Assembly: GCA_015057315.1 (NCBI GenBank)
Contig: SVER01000014.1
Coordinates: 10,388 to 74,387 of the forward strand
Direction: 5' to 3'
DNA length: 64,000 nt
Source of the DNA: Pseudobutyrivibrio ruminis
Lineage (GTDB): Bacteria > Bacillota > Clostridia > Lachnospirales > Lachnospiraceae
This document shows positions 21,183-29,905 of this stretch, one piece after another. The position numbers and the translations under genes are program-made. The notes under the pieces were generated by a model. That model did no database searches, was not told where the DNA came from, and was given only the letters and a program-made list of their open reading frames with translations. The first letter of the stretch is position 1. The number at the start of each line of letters is the position of its first letter.

Positions 21183-22088
21183 ATGCTAATAAATTATCGA
21201 GAATATCCCACTAATAATGTATTAAAGAAACTTCTAAAGGATAATACTACAGGAAAAAATATTATCTTTGCTACAGATATATATACTGGTAATCCTAAAG
21301 ATGAGATAACAGAGAAATATATTCTCTCAAATAGCAAAGAATACGAAATTTGTCCTCGTGTGGAGAAAGCTCTAAATGTACAAAGTGACCGTACCAGGAA
21401 GAAAGCGGAAGTTTTTACCCCTTCATGGATTTGTAATAAAATGAATAATCACTGTGATGCAGAATGGTTTGGTCGTGAAAATGTATTTAACATAGAGAAT
21501 GGTGAAAAATGGACTCCCACAGTCGGTAAAATAGACTTTCCATCAGAAAAAGATTGGAGGGACTACGTTAAATCCAAGAGATTAGAAATTACTTGCGGGG
21601 AAGCTCCTTATATAGTATCCAGATATGATGCAGCTACAGGCGAGATAATACCTATTGAAAAGCGCATTGGTATTTTGGATCGAAAGCTTAGGGTTATAAA
21701 GGAAAATACTAATGATGAAAAAGACTGGTTGAAATGGACTTATGAAGCTTTCAAAAGTGTGTATGGCTATGAATTCCAAGGGGATAATCTGTTAATCGCT
21801 AGAATCAATCTACTTACAACCTTTGTTGATTATATGCTGGATAAATTGGAAAGACAGCCAGCAGCCAAAGAGTTAAATGAGATTACTAAGATTATAGTAT
21901 GGAATTTTTGGCAAATGGATGGGATTACAGGCACAGTACCATTTGGTAAACCAGCAGAAGAATTTCATCAAATGAGTTTTTTTGATTATGAGCAAGGCAT
22001 AAATGATACAGAGCCAGAGCAGGTTGATTGCAAGATATATGACTGGACAGAAAAAACAGTGATAACTTATAAGAGTATTAGGGGGTAA
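21183..22088 (+). CDS. R-M methyltransferase N-terminal half (SAM-binding part, no NPPY)
   Basis: KAEVFTP, LEITCGEAPY (motif I-like), VYGYEFQGDNLLIARINL. Start could be 21153 or 21183. Confidence 0.7.
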   Translation: MLINYREYPTNNVLKKLLKDNTTGKNIIFATDIYTGNPKDEITEKYILSNSKEYEICPRVEKALNVQSDRTRKKAEVFTPSWICNKMNNHCDAEWFGRENVFNIENGEKWTPTVGKIDFPSEKDWRDYVKSKRLEITCGEAPYIVSRYDAATGEIIPIEKRIGILDRKLRVIKENTNDEKDWLKWTYEAFKSVYGYEFQGDNLLIARINLLTTFVDYMLDKLERQPAAKELNEITKIIVWNFWQMDGITGTVPFGKPAEEFHQMSFFDYEQGINDTEPEQVDCKIYDWTEKTVITYKSIRG

Positions 22089-22152
22089 TTTTGTTAATAG
22101 ATATTTTAGTAATGAAATAATTATGCTAAAATATACATAAAGGAGTGAGATT

Positions 22153-22419
22153 ATGCCAGAATTAAGTCGATTTGCAGGAATGGTAATATATATGTTGTTT
22201 TACGATGTAGGACAACATAATAAGCCACATGTTCATGTGTACTATGGTGATTATGAGGCTGTAATTGGAATAGATGGAGAGTTATTGGCAGGTTCATTAC
22301 CAAGGAAACAATTAAAGATTGTAATAGGGTGGTTAGCTTTTCATGAAGAAGAGGCATACACGGCATGGAATTTAGCCGTGAGAGGTGAGCATTTTGAAAA
22401 GATTCCACCAATGGATTGA
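22153..22419 (+). CDS. DUF4160-family (HicA-like fold) putative toxin
   Basis: MPELSRFAGMVIYM..HNKPHVHVYYG..IGIDG..LAGSLP. Confidence 0.8.
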   Translation: MPELSRFAGMVIYMLFYDVGQHNKPHVHVYYGDYEAVIGIDGELLAGSLPRKQLKIVIGWLAFHEEEAYTAWNLAVRGEHFEKIPPMD

Positions 22420-22429
22420 GGAAAATGAT

Positions 22430-22726
22430 ATGTATGTTATTGGCGATGTTTGTTATGCAAGCAGATTTGAAGAAGGAATAAAGATTACTGAAGTAAAACC
22501 ACTGAAAGGAATGATGCTTTTGGTGACATTTTCAACTGGTGAAAAAAGGCTTTTTGATGTCACAAGACTTACTGGTGGTGCTTTCGAACCATTGAAAAAT
22601 GAGAATGTTTTTATGCATCCTACTTTGTTTCATGGGGTAATTAGTTGGAATAATGGTGAAATCGACATAGCACCTGAAACAGTTTACAAGGAAAGTTATG
22701 AATACAATGAACAATTAGTTATATAA
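22430..22726 (+). CDS. DUF2442-family putative antitoxin
   Basis: VKPLKGMMLLVTFSTGEKRLFD..FEPLK..F....ISWNNGEIDIAPETVY. Start at 22430 after gagg. Confidence 0.75.
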   Translation: MYVIGDVCYASRFEEGIKITEVKPLKGMMLLVTFSTGEKRLFDVTRLTGGAFEPLKNENVFMHPTLFHGVISWNNGEIDIAPETVYKESYEYNEQLVI

Positions 22727-22731
22727 GATAG

Positions 22732-22765
22732 AAACGTCTTCCAGTTATTGGAGGACGTTTTTTTT
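22732..22765 (+). terminator. Intrinsic terminator
   Basis: aaacgtcttcca-gttat-tggaggacgttt followed by a T-tract. Confidence 0.8.
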
Positions 22766-22804
22766 AGAAATATTTGGTGTTAATTATCTAGATTCAAGGG
22801 ATGC

Positions 22805-23108
22805 CTGTCACACATGGAATGAGTTTGGGGAATTTGCTAGGAGTTTAGTGACAGTATTTATGACACGAAGCGATGGTTCTGTCACAAGCATAACGAATTT
22901 ATGGCATTTGTAATGAATGATGTGACAGGATTTTGAATATTTGAGATTAATCCTGTCACAAGTACAGCGATTTTATAGGATTTTCGAAGAGGCTTGTGAC
23001 AGAATTCTGAAAAATAGGGATTAATCCTGTCACAGGAGCAACGATTATAATGGGTTTCTAACAATTATTGTGACAGAGATTTGTGATTTAGAAATGGTTT
23101 CTGTCGCT
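22805..23108. repeat. Degenerate tandem array, exact 74-bp period, with conserved inverted 8-mers
   Basis: ctgtcaca at 22805, 22879, 22953, 23027 and 23101 (ctgtcgct); (t)gtgacag at 22847, 22921, 22995 and 23069. Confidence 0.9.
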
Positions 23109-23117
23109 TAATAGCAT

Positions 23118-23357
23118 CTATTTAAGTAAATCAAGTATGCCGCAGTGAAGAGCTTTAGCTAAATACTGCAATTCAATATCTGTAACAAATCTTTTCCCAC
23201 ATTCTATACGCTGGATAGCGTTTTTATCGACATCGAGGCCGAGTCTTTGGAGTTCTTCAGCTAATCCATTCTGAGAAAATCTTAATTCAATTCTTTTGTT
23301 GTGTACGTTATAACCGCAAATATTATTTCTGCCGTCAGCAGCTTTGTTTCCAAACAT
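23118..23357 (-). CDS. XRE-family HTH regulator (possible controller protein)
   Basis: LRFSQNGLAEELQ..GLDVDKNAIQRIECGKRFVTDIEL..LAKAL. Start MFGNK after aaggag. Confidence 0.85.
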   Translation of the reverse strand: MFGNKAADGRNNICGYNVHNKRIELRFSQNGLAEELQRLGLDVDKNAIQRIECGKRFVTDIELQYLAKALHCGILDLLK

Positions 23358-23381
23358 TTTGACATTCTCCTTTAATCGATT

Positions 23382-23566
23382 TGACATTCAGTGATTGTCA
23401 CAATATACATTTTGCGGTATATTGAGTAATAGGATGACATTTATAGGATGATTTATTGGCATTCTATGAATGTCTTATTGTCAATTGAAAATGACATCTA
23501 GTGAATGTCATGACTTGGGCGAGCCCGGGCTTTTTTATTGACTACGATGACATCTACAGAATGTCA
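23382..23566. promoter_or_regulatory. Cluster of five TGACAT-N7-ATGTCA-like boxes in the divergent XRE/MTase promoter region
   Basis: Boxes start at 23382, 23435, 23457, 23492 and 23548; the last two have perfect arms. Confidence 0.7.
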
Positions 23567-23593
23567 AATACATATTACGAGGGGAATGTAAAA

Positions 23594-24670
23594 ATGAAGT
23601 TTGATTTTGCGATTGGTAATCCACCATATCAAGAATCTAATGATGTAAACAACAGGGCAGAGCCTATTTATCCACTTTTTTATGATTCTGCTGAATCAGT
23701 GGCTGACAAATATATGTTAATTTCACCTGCTCGATTTTTATTTAATGCTGGCTTGACTTCAAAAGAATGGAATCAAAAGATGCTATCTGATGAACATCTA
23801 AAAGTGGAATATTACAATCAAAACTCGGCTGAGGTATTCTCTAATACTGATATAAAAGGTGGAGTTGCAGTTATGTATCGAGATTCTAAAAAAGATTTTG
23901 GAGCTATAGAACAGTTTGTGGCTGATGATAGATTGCGAAGGGTAATAAAACACTTTCCTAAAAATACAAATAATCTGCCTTCGATTATGTTTGGTGGGAG
24001 ATCAGATTTGAAATTCAATGATAAGTTTTTAGAAGCATATCCGCAATCAAAAGAAGACAGACTAAAAGCAATACAAGAAAAGCATCCAACAGTTAAGCAA
24101 TTGGGACCAAATGAGGAATATGAATTAAAGTCACCTACACTAGATATTTTAAGCTATGCTTTTTGGGATAATAAACCAGATGATGGCGAATATTATAGAA
24201 TACTTGGATTAGTTAATGGAAAGAGAGAATATAAATATATAAATAAAGTCTATATGACTCCAAGATATCCAGAACATAACAATATTGATAAGTGGAAAGT
24301 ATTTATACCAAAGGCAAGTGGAAATGGTCAATTTGGTGAAACAATAAGTGCACCTGTTGTATCAGCACCTGGAGAATCTTCAACACCAACATTTATTAGT
24401 ATAGGTGCATTTGATACAGAAACAGAAGCTATTAATGTTATTAAATATATTAGGACTAAAACTGCTAGAACATTATTGAGTGTATTGAAAATTACGCAAG
24501 ATATAGTACCTTCAAAATGGGCGTACGTCCCACTCCAAGACTTCACATCATCCTCAGATATCGATTGGTCTAAGTCTATACCAGAGATTGACCAGCAGCT
24601 ATATCGTAAATACGGATTAACAGAAGAAGAAATCGAATTTATCGAAACACATGTAAAACCGATGGAATAA
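23594..24670 (+). CDS. Eco57I-like N6-adenine methyltransferase catalytic/TRD half
   Basis: Begins MKFDFAIGNPPY (motif IV) with no upstream motif I. C-terminal WAYVPLQDF..IDWSKSI..IDQQLYRKYGL. Start at 23594 after gagggg. Confidence 0.8.
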   Translation: MKFDFAIGNPPYQESNDVNNRAEPIYPLFYDSAESVADKYMLISPARFLFNAGLTSKEWNQKMLSDEHLKVEYYNQNSAEVFSNTDIKGGVAVMYRDSKKDFGAIEQFVADDRLRRVIKHFPKNTNNLPSIMFGGRSDLKFNDKFLEAYPQSKEDRLKAIQEKHPTVKQLGPNEEYELKSPTLDILSYAFWDNKPDDGEYYRILGLVNGKREYKYINKVYMTPRYPEHNNIDKWKVFIPKASGNGQFGETISAPVVSAPGESSTPTFISIGAFDTETEAINVIKYIRTKTARTLLSVLKITQDIVPSKWAYVPLQDFTSSSDIDWSKSIPEIDQQLYRKYGLTEEEIEFIETHVKPME

Positions 24671-24707
24671 ACATTTTGTTTTATATGAATTACGAGGAGA
24701 AGATTAT

Positions 24708-27700
24708 ATGATTACACCAAAAATCAAATCAACCATCCAGGTTGTTCCAATGATATATGCCTATACCACCCCAGAGGTCGTTCGTCATAATGGGTGGACC
24801 AAGATAGGATATACAGAGCAGGATGTAATTACAAGAATAGAGCAACAAACTCATACGGCTGATATTGAATACAATTTAGAATGGCAAGGGCGAGCAGTAT
24901 TTGATGATGGCACAGAGGAAAGATTTACTGATAAGGATTTTCATGCTTACCTAAGGAAAGACGGTGTTGAACAGGAGAAAGGTAAGAATAATGAATGGTT
25001 TAAAATAACTGGTCCAGATTCAAATGATAAATTTAATGTCTTTAGGAAAAATCATGGAATTCTTAAAACCGTAAATGCGATAATTCCATATCAGCTTCGT
25101 CCAGAGCAACAGGAGGCAGTACGTCTTACAAAAGAATATCACGATTCCAATACTGAGGGTGAATTCTTATGGAATGCCAAGCCTCGTTTTGGAAAAACAT
25201 TAGCGGTATACGATTTTTGTAAGCAGGTTAATGCATCTACTGTATTAATCGTAACAAATAGACCAGCAATAGCTAACTCATGGTATTCAGATTATATGAA
25301 ATTCATGGGTACAGAGTCAGGCTTCTATTTTGTTAGCGAGGTTGAAGCACTTAAGGGGAGACCAGGCGTATTATCAAGAAAAGAATATACTAAAGCTTCT
25401 TTAGATGATGGAAAGGGATGCATAGAATTTGTGAGCCTTCAGGATATGAAAGGTTCAATATATTTTGGTGGTCAGTATGATAAGCTTGCTGAAATAAGTA
25501 AATCAAAGGGGATGGTATGGGATGTTCTTGTAGTAGATGAAGCCCATGAAGGTGTAGACACATATAAGACTGATGTGGCTTTTGACCAGATTAATAGAAA
25601 GTTTACATTGCATCTATCAGGTACTCCATTTAAGGCTCTTGCCAATAATAAATTTGATGAGTCAGCGATTTATAATTACACGTATGCAGATGAGCAAAAG
25701 CGAAAAAGAGATTGGAATTTGGCTGATGAACATGAAAATCCATATAGTAACTTGCCAAAGCTTAATCTATATACTTATCAGATGAGTGAAATCATCAAGG
25801 ACGAATTGTCTCAGGGCATTGAAATTCAGGGAGAGACTGTTGAGTATGCATTTGATTTGAACGAGTTCTTTAGCACCAATAATGGGAAATTTGTGCACGA
25901 TAGTTCAGTAGATAAATTCCTGGACGCGCTGACAGTACAAAAGAAATTTCCGTTTTCTACACCTGAATTAAGAGATGAGCTAAAGCATACATTCTGGCTG
26001 CTTGATAGAGTAGATAGTGCTAGATGCCTTGCAAAGAAATTAAAAGAACATCCAGTGTTTGCAGAATATGAAATTATACTTGCAGCAGGTGATGGCAAAA
26101 TAGATGACGATGATGAAAATGAAAAATCCTATGATAAGGTAAAAGCTGCAATCGAAAAGTATGAAAAAACAATAACATTATCAGTTGGGCAACTTACAAC
26201 AGGAATTACCATACCTGAGTGGACTGCTGTGTTAATGCTTTCTAATGTTAAATCACCTGCTTTATATATGCAGGCTGCTTTTCGTGCGCAGAATCCATAT
26301 CTGTTTAATGAAGATGGGGTATTCAAGCGCAAAGAAAACGCTTATGTATTTGATTTTGACCCAGCAAGAACTTTAGTAATATTTGAAGAGTTTGCTAATG
26401 ATTTATCTATCTATACAAGTGCAGGCCGTGGAGACATTGAAGCGAGAAAAGAGAATATTAGGGAGCTTTTAAATTTCTTTCCAGTTATTGGAGAGGATGA
26501 AGATGGCGAGCTTGTAGAACTGGATGCAGAAGCTGTACTCACTATTCCTAGAAAGATAAAATCTGTTGAAGTTGTACGACGTGGATTTATGAGTAACTTT
26601 CTTTTTCAGAATATCGGTAATGTCTTTTCTGCTCCAAGGGAAGTTATGGATATCATAGAGCAGTTTACAGCAGTTTCTGAACCTAAGACTAATGTAAAGC
26701 TTACAGAAGAAGTTAAAAAGGACTTATCACTAGATGAAAATGGAGAAGTTCAGCTATCAGATGAGTATGTAATTGGATTATCTAAAGACATATTTGGTGA
26801 GAAGCGTGTTGCAGTAAAAGAAGTAGATGACATTATTGAAACATGTATTGATGAAAACATTGCAACAGATAATGACAGAAATAAAAAAATGGCGAAAGTC
26901 ATAAAAGATTATGCCAAAAATGTTATCGTAAATGCGATAGTAGAAGACACCAAAGATAATTATGGAGATACTCTCAGAAAATCTGATGAAAAACAGTTGT
27001 CGGCAAAGCTAATTGCTGATGTAGATAGGATAGTAGAAAAGGCAGTCTCTAACTATACTATAGAAGAAAATCTTATTGAACATGACCGCATGGAGGCAAT
27101 GCAAACAAGAAATGAGACTGGCAGAAGTACAGATGAAATCGAAAAAGAATTTGCTGCAAAGAAGCAGGAGGCTCAAGAAAAGTTCAAGACAGGTTTGTCA
27201 CAGGTTATGGAACAATTTGAGGATGATTCTAGAATAGAGACAACCAAAACTATAGAGACAAAAGTAAAGGAACGGGAACGTGATGAAATAGAAGATGGAG
27301 TACGAGACCATCTAAGAGGCTTCTCTAGGACTATACCTTCATTTCTCATGGCCTATGGCGATGATTCGGTAACACTTGCTACATTTGACAATATTATTCC
27401 AGACAAAGTCTTCTTAGAAGTAACAAGCATTACTCTTGAACAATTTAGATTTTTAAGAGATGGTGGAGAATATATCGATTCAGAAACAGGAGAGAAAAGG
27501 TACTTCAATGGTCATTTGTTTGATTCAGTAGTATTTGATGATTCAGTAAAGGAATTTCTTGGGTTAAAAAAGAAACTAGCTGATTATTTTGATGAAAAGA
27601 GTGTTGAGGATATTTTTGATTATATTCCTCCACAAAAGACTAATCAGATATATACACCAAAGGATGTTGTTAAGCGTATGGTTGACATGCTGGAAGAAGA

Positions 27701-28034
27701 AAATCCAGGCTGTTATGATGATCCTGATAAGACATTCATTGATTTATATATGAAGTCTGGTTTATATATTACTGAAATAGTAAAACGATTGTATCAAAGT
27801 GAAGGCTTAAAGAAGGCGTACCCAGATAAGAATGAGAGGCTAAAGCATATATTTGAAAAGCAAGTTTACGGCTTAGCTCCTACTGAAATAATATATAAAA
27901 TTGCTACTAGCTTTATATTAGGTTTCGACGAGGATGTAGAAATAACTAAGCATAATTTCAAGCAAGTTGATGCACTTCCTTTTGCGAAGGAAGGTACACT
28001 GCAAAATAAAATAGATGAACTATATGATAATTGA
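24708..28034 (+). CDS. Restriction subunit: GIY-YIG/T5orf172-like domain + SF2 helicase + C-terminal MTase-like half
   Basis: IYAYTTP..GWTKIGYT; WNAKPRFGKT; DEAH; LSGTP; GQLTTG; QAAFRAQ; C-terminal TNQIYTPKDVVKRMVDML..FIDLYMKSG. Confidence 0.8.
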   Translation: MITPKIKSTIQVVPMIYAYTTPEVVRHNGWTKIGYTEQDVITRIEQQTHTADIEYNLEWQGRAVFDDGTEERFTDKDFHAYLRKDGVEQEKGKNNEWFKITGPDSNDKFNVFRKNHGILKTVNAIIPYQLRPEQQEAVRLTKEYHDSNTEGEFLWNAKPRFGKTLAVYDFCKQVNASTVLIVTNRPAIANSWYSDYMKFMGTESGFYFVSEVEALKGRPGVLSRKEYTKASLDDGKGCIEFVSLQDMKGSIYFGGQYDKLAEISKSKGMVWDVLVVDEAHEGVDTYKTDVAFDQINRKFTLHLSGTPFKALANNKFDESAIYNYTYADEQKRKRDWNLADEHENPYSNLPKLNLYTYQMSEIIKDELSQGIEIQGETVEYAFDLNEFFSTNNGKFVHDSSVDKFLDALTVQKKFPFSTPELRDELKHTFWLLDRVDSARCLAKKLKEHPVFAEYEIILAAGDGKIDDDDENEKSYDKVKAAIEKYEKTITLSVGQLTTGITIPEWTAVLMLSNVKSPALYMQAAFRAQNPYLFNEDGVFKRKENAYVFDFDPARTLVIFEEFANDLSIYTSAGRGDIEARKENIRELLNFFPVIGEDEDGELVELDAEAVLTIPRKIKSVEVVRRGFMSNFLFQNIGNVFSAPREVMDIIEQFTAVSEPKTNVKLTEEVKKDLSLDENGEVQLSDEYVIGLSKDIFGEKRVAVKEVDDIIETCIDENIATDNDRNKKMAKVIKDYAKNVIVNAIVEDTKDNYGDTLRKSDEKQLSAKLIADVDRIVEKAVSNYTIEENLIEHDRMEAMQTRNETGRSTDEIEKEFAAKKQEAQEKFKTGLSQVMEQFEDDSRIETTKTIETKVKERERDEIEDGVRDHLRGFSRTIPSFLMAYGDDSVTLATFDNIIPDKVFLEVTSITLEQFRFLRDGGEYIDSETGEKRYFNGHLFDSVVFDDSVKEFLGLKKKLADYFDEKSVEDIFDYIPPQKTNQIYTPKDVVKRMVDMLEEENPGCYDDPDKTFIDLYMKSGLYITEIVKRLYQSEGLKKAYPDKNERLKHIFEKQVYGLAPTEIIYKIATSFILGFDEDVEITKHNFKQVDALPFAKEGTLQNKIDELYDN

Positions 28035-28039
28035 TGCTA

Positions 28040-28073
28040 GGATATAGATTGGCTATTCAGCCAATCTATATCC
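28040..28073. terminator. Perfect 15-bp hairpin between convergent genes
   Basis: ggatatagattggct-attc-agccaatctatatcc; the right arm is the bioB coding end. Confidence 0.6.
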
Positions 28074-29012
28074 AAGCTCTCGTATATTCTTCAAATCCTC
28101 TTCCATAGAAACGCCCTTTACGGTGAGCATGTTTCCTGTGATGGTGGCGTTGGCGCCACCTGTGAAGCATTTCATGCCAGAGTCCTCTAGTACATCGCGA
28201 CCAGCAGCAAATCGAATAAATGATTTAGGCAGGATGAATTTGAAGATGGCAATTATTCTGCGAAGCTCTTCTTCTGAAAGCATATCTCTATCTTCCATAG
28301 GAGTGCCTTTGATTGGCTTTAACATATTGATTGGGATAGATTCAGGTTGAATCTCTGTAAGGGCAAATGCCATATCAATTCTATCTTCCCAGCTTTCGCC
28401 TACACCAAATACACCGCCGCTGCAAAGCTCTAAGCCGGCTTCGTGAACCATTTTCATTACAGCAATTTTGTCGTCAGTGGTGTGCGTGCTGCAAAGGTTC
28501 TTAAAAAACTCTGGGCTGCTTTCAATATTGTTGTGAACTCGCTGAAGGCCAGCTTCCTTAAGTAACTGTAAATCCTCTTTATCAATAAGCCCAAGTGATA
28601 CGCAAGGCTTTAGCCCTGTATCTTTTACAATTCGTCTAATGTTTTCGGCAATCTGATTTATCTCTGCCTTGTTAAGACGGCGGCCTGATGATACCTGACA
28701 GTATCTTGCTACACCGATTCCATCGTATTTTTTAGCATCGGCAGATACATAGTCGGCATCTCTTACTGCAAAGGAATCAATATTTGCAGAAGAGCAGCTG
28801 GACTGGGCACAGAATTTGCAGTTTTCTGAGCAGCGTCCACCCTTTACACTGAGGATGGCACACATATCAAATTCGTCCCCGTTAAAATGTTTTCTAAGTT
28901 CGTCCGCTCCAGCGCAAAGCTCTTCAAGTGGTGCGTCCACAAGCTCTAAGGCTTCTTCTTTTGTAATATTTTCGCCAGAAATAATTCTTTTAGTTAGCTC
29001 CTTGATTTCCAT
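28053..29012 (-). CDS. bioB: Biotin synthase
   Basis: CSENCKFCAQS radical SAM motif, HNIESS, LCSGGVFGVGE, SIPINML, IRFAAGR. Confidence 0.96.
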   Translation of the reverse strand: MEIKELTKRIISGENITKEEALELVDAPLEELCAGADELRKHFNGDEFDMCAILSVKGGRCSENCKFCAQSSCSSANIDSFAVRDADYVSADAKKYDGIGVARYCQVSSGRRLNKAEINQIAENIRRIVKDTGLKPCVSLGLIDKEDLQLLKEAGLQRVHNNIESSPEFFKNLCSTHTTDDKIAVMKMVHEAGLELCSGGVFGVGESWEDRIDMAFALTEIQPESIPINMLKPIKGTPMEDRDMLSEEELRRIIAIFKFILPKSFIRFAAGRDVLEDSGMKCFTGGANATITGNMLTVKGVSMEEDLKNIRELGYRLAE

Positions 29013-29078
29013 GTTATTATTCTCCGTTTGTGTATAAGTCTATTGTTACTTTTATAATCTTAAATCAAAACAAAGAAA

Positions 29079-29108
29079 TGTCAACCTAAAATAATGGATA
29101 GGTTGACA
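29079..29108. promoter_or_regulatory. BirA operator overlapping the bioY -35 box
   Basis: TGTCAAC-N16-GTTGACA between divergent bioB and bioY; ttgaca (29103) N17 tatcat (29126). Confidence 0.85.
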
Positions 29109-29170
29109 AATAAAAATCGATTTATTATCATATACATGCTTAAAAATTTACACAAGGAGAAAAATATATA

Positions 29171-29734
29171 ATGGATAACACTTTTAATCAACCACAGTCA
29201 AAACAACTGCTTTCTACAAAGCGTATGGTAATATGTGCATTGTTTGCGGCACTTTTATGTGTATCAGCATACCTTAGCATTCCAACACCACTTCCTATGG
29301 CACCTAAGATTACACTTATGAATTTTGTAATCTTCTTAATTGCCCTTCTGTTTCCAGTTACAGAATCATTCTTGATTGGATTAGTGTGGTTCTTACTTGG
29401 AGTAGTAGGACTTCCAGTATTCATCGGTGGTGGTAGCGGAATTGGATATTTAATTGCGCCTTACGGGGCATACACATGGGCATTTCCTATTGTACTCATC
29501 GTGCTTCCACTTATCCGTGGCAAGAAGTACAACAGAATTTGGTACACCATCTGCGGCATCATTGGTGTACTTATTATCGATGTAATTGGTATGCTATATT
29601 TACAGCATTCTATGAGCTACGATCTTAAGACTGCATTTTTAACAGGGTTTGTTCCATTTATTCCACTTGATTTGGTTAAGGCTATTGTGGTGGCACAGAT
29701 TATACCAGCGTTTAGGAAGATTATGGAATTTTAG
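29171..29734 (+). CDS. bioY: Biotin transporter BioY (ECF S component)
   Basis: LGVVGLPVFIGG, GYL, FVPFIPLDLVK; adjacent to bioB and the BirA site. Confidence 0.92.
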   Translation: MDNTFNQPQSKQLLSTKRMVICALFAALLCVSAYLSIPTPLPMAPKITLMNFVIFLIALLFPVTESFLIGLVWFLLGVVGLPVFIGGGSGIGYLIAPYGAYTWAFPIVLIVLPLIRGKKYNRIWYTICGIIGVLIIDVIGMLYLQHSMSYDLKTAFLTGFVPFIPLDLVKAIVVAQIIPAFRKIMEF

Positions 29735-29752
29735 ATTAGATATAAAATGTAG

Positions 29753-29824
29753 GTTGATGAGGGATTATTGTATTAAACCCTCATCAGTCAACTGCGTTGA
29801 CAGCTTCTCCCAGAGGGAGAAGCC
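29753..29824. repeat. REP-like element
   Basis: ttgatgaggg...ccctcatcagtcaactgcgttgacagcttctcccagagggagaagcc. Confidence 0.7.
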
Positions 29825-29905
29825 TTTTTTTCACAAATTTTTAATAGAGTATATGGAAGGTATTTGGTAAGATAGAGGTAGAATGAGTAAGGAGGGCTTA
29901 AATAG

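Noticed and set aside
22805-23108. CRISPR interpretation of the 74-bp array (and of the 51-bp array at 44706)
   Set aside because: Only 6-8-bp motifs are conserved, fillers resemble each other, and there are no cas genes or leader
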